This document shows positions 13,904 to 27,105 of a stretch of 64,000 nt of DNA, in pieces. The DNA is from Octopus vulgaris (lineage: Eukaryota), in assembly GCA_951406725.2 (NCBI GenBank), contig OX597815.1, forward strand, positions 155,062,001 through 155,126,000, written 5' to 3'. Positions within the stretch are counted from its first letter, which is position 1. Each line of letters begins with the position of its first letter. A program made the position numbers and the translations under genes. The notes beneath the pieces are model-generated. The model saw only the letters and a list, made by a program, of their open reading frames with translations. It had not been told where the DNA came from and searched no databases.

Positions 13904-16446
13904 ATGTGTGTGTGTATGTAAATACGTATGTACATATGTTATGTGCATGTATATACACATATATATGTATATATATGTATATGTATATACGTATACACAT
14001 ATATGTGTGTATGTATATACTTATGTATGTATGTTTATATTTGTATGTATGTATGTGTATTTGTATGTATGCATGCGTGTATGTATATATATGTTTATGT
14101 ATGTAACTCTCTCGCTCGCTATCTTTCTATATATATGTTTTTCTCTATACATACATCTACTTATTTTTACATACAAGCACACATAGATATTGCTTTCAAA
14201 AGGATTGTACTACCAGCCTCTGGATGCACAATATATAAATAAAGAAGTTTTTTTCAGCATTTTAATGTATTGTTTCTTCTCTTGTGTGGCCAGTGCACAT
14301 AAACTTGATACTGAAATAGTCATATCCTAACATATCATATGTATATAGCTACAAGTAAAAAAAAAACACTTCAAAACAGAAATTAAGTGGTTATAATTTT
14401 ATATTGTCTATCAGTATATTCCTGAATATACCATATAAATGGCCAAAAAGTTACTGACAATTTCGCGCCTGCTCTTACACTTGGCATTACTGCGCAGCCC
14501 CAGCATGGCCGCAGTAAATGGTAAAATATAATCTAAGAGCAACAGTAGGCGTGAAACCATCGGTATCTTTCTGACAATTTATATGCCATAACCAGGAATA
14601 TATATAATTTAAATGCTTAAGAATAAAACGTTAGGCAAATACAGAGCGTACTTGAATAAATAGTATGACAAAGGAACAGGAAGAGCGTAATCAGTTTCGT
14701 TAACTTAACAGCTGTTTCTTCAATAGGAGGAAGTGCACTTAGACTTGATTACTTGTTCATCACCGTGTAGCAGACACAGGCAGACACAGATGTAAGCGAA
14801 TGAAGATGGTTTCATAATTCCTATATCCTTGCCATTCTGTTAATTCAAATATCTGTGTGTATGCGTGTGCATGCCTGTGTATATGTATATATGTGCACGT
14901 GTGTGCATATATCTATGTCGGCACTGTAGCGTGCTTTATAAAATTTGGGTTAGCTTCTATAAGGGCTCGAACTATCTGTGATTAATGCCAGGGCCAGCTA
15001 CTTTACACGTTTCTCTCTCCTTCCACTGTGCCAGTGAGCGTCATGTATGTTCAAGGAATTGAGACAGATATGGTCATATCAGTGATTTTGGGACGATTTT
15101 TATTGAGTGTATGCCGTATAGGATTGGAAGGTTGAACGAAAAAGGTGACCTTGGCGAGATTCGAATCCATAATGGAAAAGAATGTAGCATAATTACTTTA
15201 AACTAATGAAAATTGCTAACACATTTTTTTTTTGTAATGAAGCTGTCGCGGTTCAGTTTAGTAGTTTACACTCAATTCATGTGGTTCTTTATTTGACTAC
15301 ATCACACAATGCTGCACCTTAAATAATAAGTCGCCTATATATCGGCTCAACCGAAATTTTGTCAAGTAACTGAGAAAAAAGAAATTATACGGAAACCCAG
15401 CAAATGGTCTGTACTTGCTATTGGAAGCTAGACTTGATATGTTACCCGATTTGATTCCACATCCTACCTGATTTGTGCCTTTAATGAAGACGGCTCTGTT
15501 GAAGGCTCAGATCTCCATTCTGAGAGTAATTAATGCGTCGTTATTTATTCTCTTTTTTTTTCGCCGGTCTTCGAAGCTTTGCATAATGGTCTTCGATGAT
15601 GATAATTCTTCCTCTAAGTAATTATTAAAGTAAGAAATTGAAGGATATAAATCACTCAATGAAGGAGTATGAAATAGAGAAAAATATGCATTAACAAAAT
15701 AGTGGACAAAGCAAATGATTTATGGCATATATGAAAGAGAAATAGAAGTGAACAAAACATTTATCGAGGAAATTGAAAGGCAATTGATACAAAAATGAAT
15801 GAAAACTCTAATTGCTGGATAGAGGAAGCTGATTACATCTCATTCCCGTGTCACGAATTCTTATATCACTGCAGACATTGTTTTAACACCTCAGGCAAAA
15901 CACTTAACTTTGTTGATCTACGGCTATATTTTTTAAAGCTACGTACAAAATCGTTAGTATTAAACGTGACTGTCTACTTGCTCGCACTCTGTGTATTTAT
16001 GTTGATTGAGTTTACAAGTATTGTTCTATTAAGATGTTGTAAATCCTATGCATAACGACAGACCCTCTGGCAATGTTTGTATGACAGTGAACCAACTAAA
16101 GCTTAACATACTATTCCACTATTTTAATTTTGTTGTGTCTGAAGTTATATATAGTAAAAGACTTTTGAGTTTATTGCGGAAATTATCGGCTGGCGAAGAC
16201 CAAGAAATTCTGATAATCAATTTTTGGCATTCGAAAGATCGAAATTTTCACGAAAAGATTTAGTAACTTTCATTATGTTTTGAGCCTCACTTACTTTTTT
16301 TTTTATCAACTATTTGTGTTATCTAAACTGTAAAGTATGTCAGTCAACATATTCTACCTCATTTGCAATCAGCTGATAGATTCTAGAATAGGATTGTATT
16401 ACAGACAAATACACACACAGATACATATATGTAAATGTACACACAC

Positions 16447-16537
<91 letters not shown>

Positions 16538-16541
<4 letters not shown>

Positions 16542-16745
16542 TAAAAACGGTAAGATAACAAAAGAAAGAAAGAGACCTCAATATTATGTAAATAGAGGAA
16601 ATTTATCTGTAAAATAATATGTGACAATTATTCGGTAACCAAGATAAAACTCTGAGTTTTAGATGCCGAGGTGGAAATCCACACCACCATCTCTTCGGTT
16701 ATCTGGCCATCTTGGCTACCGAATAATTGTCACATATTATTTTAC

Positions 16746-16750
<5 letters not shown>
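16538..16750 (-). mobile_element. PLE-terminus-like fragment in (TA)n with internal ~40-bp inverted repeat and degenerate HHR
   Basis: 'ctgtaaaataatatgtgacaattattcggtaaccaagat' (~16607-16645) is inverted at ~16709-16748; (TA)n on both sides. Confidence 0.6.
16642..16704 (-). ncRNA. Degenerate type I hammerhead ribozyme motif
   Basis: Minus: agataa CCGAAGA gatg..catc TAAA actcagagt t ttatct. Stems I-III are present, but core CUGANGA and GAAA each carry a substitution. Confidence 0.5.
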
Positions 16751-16790
<40 letters not shown>

Positions 16791-19119
16791 CAGCATTGCG
16801 CTATATCTACGGATAACTTTGAATACTCTCACTGACCCAGTTCAATTTATTATAAATGTGAGATGTATGCCTTAGACAAGCACAGCTTAAAGCTGCAAGA
16901 AACTGATAAGTTATGAAAATAACAATTTCACATCATACATCCTTCATACCACCACTTCTATCCTTCAATTTACCTGAGTAAAAGTCATACTAATTTCAGT
17001 CATATATACCTCTAGAATAATCTCGACTACCTGAAACAGCAATAAGTAATTCAACTATTCAGTTTGACCCAATAAGATATGTTACGCTTGATCTTCCTAC
17101 TTCAGTTTATGACTTCAAACATCGAAAATAATCTGATATCTCTTGTTTAAATTTATTCCCATTGAAAGCAAAATATTAAAAGTTTTATTGGCAGAATAAG
17201 TAATGTGTCGAACTCAAAGATTTTGAGACCAATCCGTTAGTGTCGATCCAAGAACCAGCTGCTGTGATGTCTTCTTTACTATCAGTCTCTCCAATGAATG
17301 TTTTCCTATCAGTGTAAAGATAGAAGCAAAGGTTAAAACTGTTTGAGCAGACCAACGATCAAAGACATCTCAGTGATGACAATCCCGCTTTTTCTTTCAA
17401 GTATAGTGTATTCCTGAATAGGGTACTTAATATGTGCATTTTCCCATAATTAATTGTGGTTTGATGAAGACTTACTTTTCATTTCCAGCAGGTTGAGTGA
17501 CCACCTGCAGCCTTTCTCTGATATATTTTTGAAGAAGGAAACTCAGGAAATTGAATGGTTTTTTTCGGAGCCATGGGTAGATAATTATTGTAAACAAAAA
17601 CCAAATATTCACTCAGCACGGTTAGAATTGGGTTTGTAACACTAAATGCAAATACATTCTGCAATTCGAGAATTCTATAAAAATAAGCCCGAAAATTATG
17701 ATTAAAGGAAATATAAAATAGGAAAATGTCACGTTCATTAATTTTTCTAATGTAATTAAAGCGATAATGAAATGCGTACAAGTCTAACGAACGCAGAATG
17801 AATACGTGACTCATCAATAAATCATTTTGTCAATATAAACCGCTGCCGCTCACTTTCGAATATATTTTGGTATCAACGTTTATCATGTTATCACTAATAG
17901 TTTTATGTGTCCATATAGCCGCGAAGAGCTACCCTTGTTGACCATGTGGAACATCTCAAATAAGACAGATAGAAGCAGAAAGAGAGAGAGCAAAAGTACA
18001 GCAGCACTTCACAAGTACTCTATTTATAGACTCTAAAATGTCGGAAGATAAATTTGATCTCGGTGGATTTCAGAACTGCAGAAAGCTGGAACAAATAGCG
18101 CAAGGTATTCTACCTCATGCTGTATTGGTTCTGCCAATGCCCCTCTGATTTAATAATATGATACTTGATAAACTGAGGCATTTAACATTACTATGCTTTC
18201 TAACAATGTTATTTTGTAAGGCTGAACGATAGCTTATGAAGGGTTGGAGGAATATTAATAAATATGCTATATTCTAGCTCATTTTGATGATTTGGAGTAG
18301 GAGAGGAGGGGCCCATTTATTTTATGGGGTTTCAATAGCCACTGGGGAGAAAGTGAGAAAATGAGAAAGAAACCCTAGCTGAAGAGGTTACTACCGTAAA
18401 AGAAGACATCGCCTCTCTTAACTTCTTTTTTTTTTTTTGGCCATATCATAATGCTGTTCCGTGCTTAGTGCATCTTAATAATACAAAGTTTCAAGCCTGG
18501 TACCAGCAGTATCAATCTCCCCAAATATGAGACAGTTGCAGAGGTCGAGATTTAGGGGCCACATATTAAAATTGCCCTTTTTATTCTGTTAAACTTATTT
18601 TAAATGAGATTCAAGCCTCTATCCAGTCATTTGACGTACTACAAGCTAAATTGCACTCAAATCACATCCGATCGATCCATATAATCTCACTGTGAACATC
18701 CTAAACACTAGGTCGCTTCATCAAGATATCACCAAGGTATCATTACCATGTCACCAAAGCATCATCAAAGCATCATCAAGATATCAACAAAGTAGTATCC
18801 AGGTTCCAACAAGATAACAATAATGAACGACAAGAATTCATACAAACAGGCTTTGCATACACGTTTAATTGATGAAGCCACTCTGTTGATAATCGAACGT
18901 TTTAAAAAGCAGGAGCTATGTAATATGGGTAAAAATCAAATATATCCAGTTGACACATGCCACAACTGGTGTAAGAAGGGAAAGCACATTTCTGTTCGAA
19001 TCCTTTGCAAGATCCAAAACTAAGCTAAAGATGGGGATGTTGTCAAATCTATCAATGCACTACGTTTCATTTATATAAGTAAAGTACCAGGTTAGAACAA
19101 TACAAAATGAGAAACAATA

Positions 19120-19165
19120 ACATGTGAGTGGAGCTGGAAGACGGAAACTGCATGGGATCTCGTAT

Positions 19166-19213
<48 letters not shown>

Positions 19214-19345
19214 GGTACAGAGCGTGTATGCGTGTGTGTTAAGATTTAAGCTTGTGTTCATCACCAACTACCGCTTGACAACTGTTGTGGGTTTGTTTAC
19301 GTCCCCCATAACATATCGGTTCGCCATAAGAAGAAATAAAATAAG
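19120..19345 (+). mobile_element. SINE family A (middle part, internal (TA)n)
   Basis: 'gacggaaactgc...ccgcttgacaac...gtttacgtcccc' matches other family A copies. Confidence 0.7.
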
Positions 19346-19384
19346 AATCAGACTTCGAAAGCAGAAGAAGCAAAAGAAAAGAAA

Positions 19385-20441
19385 AAATACCAGAGACTTC
19401 AGACTGCAAGAACTCAAAAACACCCTAATTGACAAACACTACCCAGTTCAATTCATGGAGGACAGAATCAGACGTGCAACACAAATCGACATAGAAACCT
19501 AGAAAAGTTCAACACAGCAACACACTTTCTCCGAGAAAACTGCCGTGTATATCCACATACAAACCCAGAATCAAAGAAGCCTTCACCATCATCACCCAAA
19601 ATTTACCAATGCTACACAAGGACCACAAATTAAAAGAAATTTTACACACACATAAAATCATTAAAAGCCACAAACAACCGAAATCACTAAAAAAAGATCC
19701 TCACAAAAGCAAAATTATTTTCTAAAATATCGGACGCAAGAATAAAAAAAATGTGGTAAGCCAAATTGCGCACCATGCCCAAACCTTCTAGAAGGATGAG
19801 AATTCCTTTTCAAAGAGGGACAAAAACTTCAAAATGAAATCTGACTTAACTGGCGCCTCACAAAACCTGATTTATGTTATAAGATACTCGGGCTGCCACC
19901 GAAACTACACAGGGTCCACGGAAGTATCGCTCAGACACAGATGCACTCTACACCGAGAGCAGATTGCATTCCCAGAATACAGAATGATACCCTTTAGAGA
20001 ACATATTGAGAAATGCGCAAAGCAACTGCTACCACAATTTGTAATCTTTCCATTTTATCAATGTGCCATTGGAACACCAACATAAGTTAGATTAAATAAG
20101 TAAGCCTACTTCATTGAAAAATATAAGCCAAAATCTAGCCATTTTTAAATAAGGAAACTTATCTCATTGAAAAAATATAAAGCAAAACCTAATTACTTGT
20201 AACATTCTATTCTTTTAAAACCAAATCGTGTTAAATTAGTAAAACCTAGTCGTTCCTAACAATTTTGATTATCCCCCTTGGAACGAAAATATCCCTGAGT
20301 ACCTTCCCCTGTCTAGAGGTCCATATTTCTCAACATAGTGAAGAGATGACAGAATATAGGTAAAGAAATTTGAGAAATTTGAAAAGAAAATACGAAAACT
20401 GTTATTTTTCCCAAAATAATGTTACTATACGAAAAATATAA

Positions 20442-20446
<5 letters not shown>
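19385..20446 (+). mobile_element. Decayed 5'-truncated Penelope-like element (RT thumb plus GIY-YIG)
   Basis: 'RLQELKNTLIDKHYPVQFMEDRIRRA', 'KCGKPNCAPCP', GIY-YIG 'NLIYVIRYSGCHRNYTGST..SLRHR..LHREQI', terminal 'YFIEKYKP'. 3' end runs into (TA)n at ~20447. Confidence 0.8.
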
Positions 20447-20490
<44 letters not shown>

Positions 20491-20491
<1 letters not shown>

Positions 20492-20580
20492 GAGGGTGGC
20501 TGAAAAGTTCCTTGCGTCGAGGATTTCGAGAAAGGCCTGGCTGGAGGCCCCACCTTCCAAGTTCTTCCATATACAATTGT
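20491..20580 (+). mobile_element. Possible mariner-type TIR fragment
   Basis: TA|cgagggtggctgaaaagttcc resembles the 'TA cgaggg' terminus of the 42424 mariner; no partner TIR found. Confidence 0.35.
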
Positions 20581-20589
20581 ATATATACA

Positions 20590-20735
20590 ATTACCGTCCA
20601 TCAAATCCAGTCACAACACGGTTGTTCGGTGCAAAAGCTATAGTAGAAGACCCTTACTCAGGACTCAGGATATCACGCAGTGTAACTCGACCTGACACCA
20701 CGTAGTTGCAAACGAGTTTCTTAACCACACACTCA
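20590..20735 (-). mobile_element. SINE family A, 5' half (degraded)
   Basis: 'ccgtccatcaaatcc...gctatagtagaagac...cacgcagtg...cttaaccacac' is the reverse complement of the family A head. Confidence 0.65.
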
Positions 20736-21644
20736 TAAATAACATCATCAACTATACAATATGTCAAAAGACAGTTAGGGGTCAACACTTGCAGACCACC
20801 TTTCTTATTAACGTCCAGACATCCTCTTAGTGTTGCAGCCGTAGAGTATTTTCTGCACAAGCGACACTCCAATCACCTTTCTTTAGATGTATTGCATCTC
20901 ATTCATAATGGTAAGCCTATAAAATCTTAATGTATACATTTATTTCCTGTTTATATTCTATGGAGATTTTTTCTTCGCTCTCATCTCTGTTAATATGTTC
21001 ATCATTTTGCTACAAAAATTATGATTGGTAATTGTCAGTTTACCAAAGAAATTAGTGATTTATATGTTGGTTTAGATTGCATAATTCGAATTGCTGCTTA
21101 CTAGGTGTATGGGCTGTAGGTATATGCGTTCGGGTGTATATTATGTTTGTCTTGCTGGCGTTTGTATGTGTGTCTGTGTGATTATATGTATATGTCTTCA
21201 TATATGCATTAGTGTGTATCTGCAATCACACGTGTGTTTCATGAATAAATCAAGCATCTACTAAGTTATATTCTTCCATAATAAATTGCTTGTAGGAGCA
21301 TATGTATTTGTAAATAGTGTGCGTGTATGTTTGTGTGTGAATGAAAGCACGCATGTGTGTTTATATATGTGTGACCACATATATATATATACATTTGCAC
21401 ATATATATAGATATATATATGTATATATATATATGTATATATAATATACAGACATATAAATGTGTATTTATGTATATGTATATATATACACACAAGAACT
21501 CATGCATACATACATATCGTAAGATATTTGCGCATATACATAAATTGTATAGCTAACAATTGATAACAAACGTACATATATACAGATGTGTGTAAGTGCG
21601 TGTGTGTGTGTGGTGTGTTTATGTGTATGTGTGGTGTGTACTCT

Positions 21645-21717
<73 letters not shown>

Positions 21718-22373
21718 TGTGTGAACAAAGAAACCAAAACAGAATAATGGAAGAACCGAATGAATGAATGATGGCTATACACATAAGATAATTTCTCAAA
21801 TCGATGTCCACTTACAAGAATTTGGTCTTCAGATAGTATTCGCATATGTTTTATGTTTGTTGTTTCAAATAATGTATTGTTCTAACTTGGTATTGATTTA
21901 TAACAGAAGATGGGGTGGCATTGATGGATCTGCTTCCCCTTTAGCCCAGTTCTAAAACTTGGAAAGCATTCAAACGCTAGCCTAGTGTTCCTTTCCCCTG
22001 CATTTGTGACATACATCAACTGCTTTAATCTGCTTTGCATCCATCTGCTACATTTCCTACTTCTCAAACTCCTAGTTTATTTCATGATTATCTACGGTCT
22101 CGTTTGTTTAAGTTAACGCACGTCTTAGACCTGAAGGCGAACGAATTTCATTTTTGAATGAATTACTGATGTAATAAAACTAGCGTTCTCCTGATGAAAA
22201 CGTGATGAAAAGTTGGTCTTATCTTGGTGAAGCACCTCTGTAATAAGGGTGCTATGGCTGAAAGCACATGGTATGTACTACTAAGAGGATGTAGAGAGAA
22301 GAACGTAAGACCGCGGTGCAATTTCAGAGACATAAATTTTGACACCAAATAATAAATATCTAAATGAACTCAA

Positions 22374-22471
<98 letters not shown>

Positions 22472-22659
22472 GTGTGCGTGCGTGCGTGTGTGTGTGGTTA
22501 AGATGTCTTTAATGCTATGATTGTTTCAGTTTAGATACAGTCTCAGGTCAAATCGCTCGCCAAACAAGTACATCTCCGACATTATTATTTTTTATTCGAC
22601 TATACCTGTACTTCATAGTTCTTCGTACAAGAATTATTTCACTACCGAAAGTTCACTTT

Positions 22660-23010
22660 ACCTTGGGCACCTTGGGCAAGTGTCTTCTACTATAGCTTCG
22701 GGCCAACCAAAGCCTTGTAAGTGGATCTGGTAAACGGAAACTGAAAGAAGCCCGTCGTATATATGTGTGTATATATATATATGCAAGTTTTTATGTGTCT
22801 GTGTTTGCCCGCCCCACAACATCGCTTGACAACCGATGCAGGTGCATTTACGTCCCCGTAACTTAGCGGTTAGGCAAAAGAGACCGATAGAATAAGTACT
22901 AGGCTTACAAAGAATAAGTCCCGGGGTCGATTTACTCGACGAAATGTGGTGCTCCAGCATGCCCACAGACAAATGACTGAAAAAAGTAAAAGAGTAAAAG
23001 AGTAAAGAGT
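22660..23010 (+). mobile_element. SINE family A
   Basis: 'caccttgggcaagtgtcttctactatagc...ggaaactgaaagaagcccgtcg...cgcttgacaaccgatg...aaatgactgaaaaaagtaaaagagtaaaagag' with tandem-repeat tail. Confidence 0.88.
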
Positions 23011-23741
23011 AAGCACACCCACAGACAGAATTCCTCACATATGCAGTAGATGTATATATGTATGTATGCATGCATGTATGTAAGTATGTATGTATGTATA
23101 TATGTATGCACGCATGCATGTATATATGTATGTATATAAATGTATATATATATATGCATTATAAACATATATACACTGATTTTTTTCTTGGTGCTCGACT
23201 GCTCCGAAACAATCTTTGCTCAGATGCTTTGCTATCACTTCTTGAACTAAGGCTAAGTGATATGAAATTACAATAGACTCTCTCCTTCAGTGGCTTAGTA
23301 ACAGAACATATGTACGAGCGCGCGGTAATATATTTAGAGGAAATTGATATCTCGGTACTCTGTTAATTACATTCTGTCAAAATGTTTACAAGTTATTAGT
23401 TGTGTAATATAATAGAGTTGAATTCAAAGGAGATTGCCTTTCAGCAGTAATTTTGTTCTGTTATAATTAACCAAACAATAATGGATCATTAGTTTAATAT
23501 AGGGAAATGTAAGGGATAATGAGTTGGCCACGAATTACACTTTTATACTGTTTGTATCTTTAATAATTAAACCACACCTGTACTATATGTTGTGTATGAA
23601 AAACGTTGTTACATAATATAGTTGAACGAAATATTGTATTTCAGGATGGTCACTTTTTCTTTTTACCAAATATACACACGCACTATATATATTTTTTCAC
23701 TCGTTTATTAATGTCCTTTTTTTTTTTCTTTTAACTCATGT

Positions 23742-23790
23742 TCATTATCCGGAAATGTTTTGTCACTCATTTGTGACCTCTTCAGTGACA
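23742..23790 (-). ncRNA. Degenerate hammerhead-like motif in a PLE-like remnant
   Basis: Minus: tca CTGAAGA ggtcac aaatga gtgac AAAA cattt. Stem II is nearly the same as in the 39597-39643 motif; GAAA is mutated. Confidence 0.4.
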
Positions 23791-23999
23791 CTTTTCGTTT
23801 TCGTGTGTGCTATTTCTCCAATTTCTCCTTTACTCTATGAAACCCTATTGTGTGAGACTGCTGCTTTGTTGTATAATCATATTAAGGGTGCAATATATAA
23901 AATGAAATCCATTAGTAGAATGACTTTAGAATTTCACATATATTAAATGGTTTATGCCTTAATAGAACGCAGGTAGTATATGGATTTTTTACTGTTCTA

Positions 24000-25330
24000 T
24001 TTTACTTACAGAATCTGGAAGATGTAGAGTCCGTGACTTAAGCATGCCCTCTGAAACTGATGAGACTAATGCGGTTAATGTTCCATTTAGAGAGTTGCAG
24101 GTCAACACCACCAGCATATAGGAAAACTGGAAGAAGCTCCCTGATGGCTGATGTTGCGGTGTAGACGGATTGGACATATTGTGCTTAGTGCAGTGAAGGA
24201 AGATGGTGCATAGTACCGAGGGGTGGAGAGATGAGTAGACTCGGGTGCCTCAGTGGTGGATGTATAACCCAGCCTACTCCGAAGAGCAGGAACAATTATA
24301 ATGGCAATAGAAGACAAAACACAACACGCCTGTGCGCCAGAGACACTATGAGATCAAGGAAGCCAGCGTGCTTAACAGTAGCACTGTCTCAGATGAGTAG
24401 AAAAAACACCGTTTGTTTGCCTACACCTAAAATATAGTGCAGATGTAGTTTAATTAGTTAAGACAGAAATAATATTGAAACATAAATTGCGACCAAAACA
24501 TCACCGCTTGCATTTCCCTATATTCAACTAATGATCAATTATTAGCTTCATGCAAATAATCTAAAACTATCAGCAGTAATTCTGAAGAGTATGAGCAACC
24601 GTTGAGGGAGAAAATATTTGCTGGTCCTACAGAGAAGGACTAGTGTTGGGGATGCCACCCTATCTATGTTAAGGATAAGTTTTTGCCTACAGAAAACTTC
24701 GGTGCTGTTGAGGTTCAGTATGTGGAGCGATTGTGAGGGATGTAGTTGAGTCTCTAAACAGGGATCTCTAAAAAAGAATGTAGCTCCTATTTAGAGAGGG
24801 TGTGTTGTGATGGTGGTTTTGTTGACATAAGTTGTGTCTGAGTTTTATAATGTTAAAAGAAACAAGATTGCCATGTCTCCACAGGCGCATACTCTGAAGG
24901 TCTTCGTTTATAAAATCAATTTATGTCTAGCTTGCTACGTGTCGATGATGCATGGTTAGAGAAGATCAGTGGTGATGAGGAGTCATGACATCTGCGTAAG
25001 AGTGTGTTTTGCTAGATGTGGAGGCAAGCAAGCAATTAATAGAAGAGAATGGAGGACGAGACGGAACCCTGGAAAACACCGGAGTTGATTGTGGAAAGCA
25101 TTTGATAGAGTGTGGTTCAGAAAGAGCTGCAATGGTGCGAACTGATAGGAGGCTACAAATCCAAGAAATAAGAGATGGATAGAACCCATAGACAGAAAGC
25201 TGAATACGAGATTTGCACGCCAGACACGGTCGAAGGCTTTACTTATGTCTTCAGCAACAACAGATAAAGAGATAGACACTGGTGAGTGATTTGAAATTGT
25301 AGGTCGTCGGTGGATCTGACACTGCAATAA
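24000..25330 (-). mobile_element. Decayed CR1/L2/Jockey-group LINE RT fragment
   Basis: Minus 'VVAEDISKAFDRVWRANL', 'INSGVFQGSVSSSIL' (GVPQGS-like) and 'SYADV' (YADD-like); many frameshifts. Confidence 0.75.
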
Positions 25331-25734
25331 ATCTACTTTGCAATAATTTTCTTAAAATAATTATGTATCGGCAAAAGTTATTAGAAATTTCAATAAACTT
25401 AAAAAAGAAAAATTTATAATGCCAAAAATGGTATTTATGGTAAGGTCGATACGATACAATAATTTCTAAACTGAAAATAGGAAACTATTGAAATATGTCT
25501 GGTGATAATTGAACCGAACACTAAGATAAGAGAAATGTGAAATTAGTTGCAGATTTCATTGCAATTAAAATTAATACCAAAAACGTTGAACTTATAAGGA
25601 AATTGTGTTTGCTGACATTTTAGATCAGTTGTAGTGAACGCCTTGTAAACCAGTTCAACCAGTGGCTAGTCGAAATAAACGTTGCATTTTTAATAATAAT
25701 TCTAAGGGAATTATCTTTTCATCTTTTTATTGTA

Positions 25735-27105
25735 GAAACAAGGCCTGAAAATTTGGGACAGGAGGCTAGCCAATTGTATCAACCACATAGCTCAACTGAT
25801 ACTTATTTTATCAGCCCCTAAAGGAAAGACAAGGTAGACCTCTGCTGCACTTGAACTCTGTATGTGCAACCTGAAGAAATGCAGCTAAGCATTTTCCAGC
25901 GTGATAATGATTCTTCCAGCTCGTCGCCTTTAATTCCAGTAAATCTTTAACTAGGGTTTATTGTCACTGGACATATAAACCCCTATCTCAGCCTTTTATG
26001 CTACCGTTGGAGCAAACAGCCCGCTGGAAGTATCAGAAAAACCATCCAACAATACTGCATTTTATGTAGACGTGTTTCTAATAACAAATGATGGTTGCAT
26101 TATTAAGTAGAAATGGGATGGGAACTTCTCTTGGGAAAGAAAGTAAATGTTATTGAAGATGAAAAGAGAATGTCATATTGAATAACTGTGTTATAATCGT
26201 AATTCAGTCATCAAAGATTTAATAAAGGTGTGGTGGGTGGTACTCTATCTGGTGAAGATCGAGCAAAGCAAGTACTTTACTTAGCCTTAGCTAACCATGA
26301 GTATTTTGACAAAATTATTAATTCGCCAATGGTGACTAGATCCATATATAGTCGACTTGTATGTTTATTATTTAAGATGTGAACAATATTCGACTGTGAT
26401 GTGAGAACATGTACAAATAATCTAATATAGATATTAATTCCATCGAAACGAATAAAAGCTGAGTTAGAATCCCATTTTAAGAAGTAATAATAATAATAGA
26501 AACCGTATACCAAGATTTTATTCACTGAATAATGTTCGAACTCAATGTTTGGTTTAAAGAAAGGAGAAAACTTGCACATTGTGTGTTATATTATTAAAGG
26601 AAACTAAAAGTACGATATTCACCCCCATTTAATAAAAAGAAAAAAATGTATTAAGAGAGAATATTAGCAAACATTAATAGGAATAGTACATCAACAACTT
26701 GAAATGATATTTTATGCTTATACATTTTAACACAATAATGGGTTTTAATTTTGGTACAAGGCTAGTAATTTTAAGAAGAGACGTAAGTCAATGTCCTGGA
26801 TCTCAGTACTTAACTAGTACTTTCTTTTATGGAGTTCAAAGAAATGAAAGGCAAAGTTCATCTCGGTAGGATCTGAATTTAGAACTTAAGGAGATGGAAG
26901 AAATAATAAGTTCAAATTTTGTCATAACGCCAGCGATTTCGGGGGATAAATGGATTTCATCGACCCCAGCACTAACCTGATACTTATTTTAACGACCCCA
27001 AAATAATGAAAGGTAAGTGAACCTCGATGGCTTTTGAGCTCAGAACGCAAAGCCAAACGAAATGTTGGTAAGCAATTGCATTAATGATTCTGCCTGCTCG
27101 CTACA
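25735..27105 (-). mobile_element. Three degraded SINE family B copies (~25735-25932, ~26740-26900, ~26910-27105)
   Basis: Recurrent 'tacttattttatc..cccc..aaggaaa..caaggtagacctc', 'gaaatgaaaggcaaagt' and 'atgattctgcc.gctcg' motifs. Confidence 0.7.
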
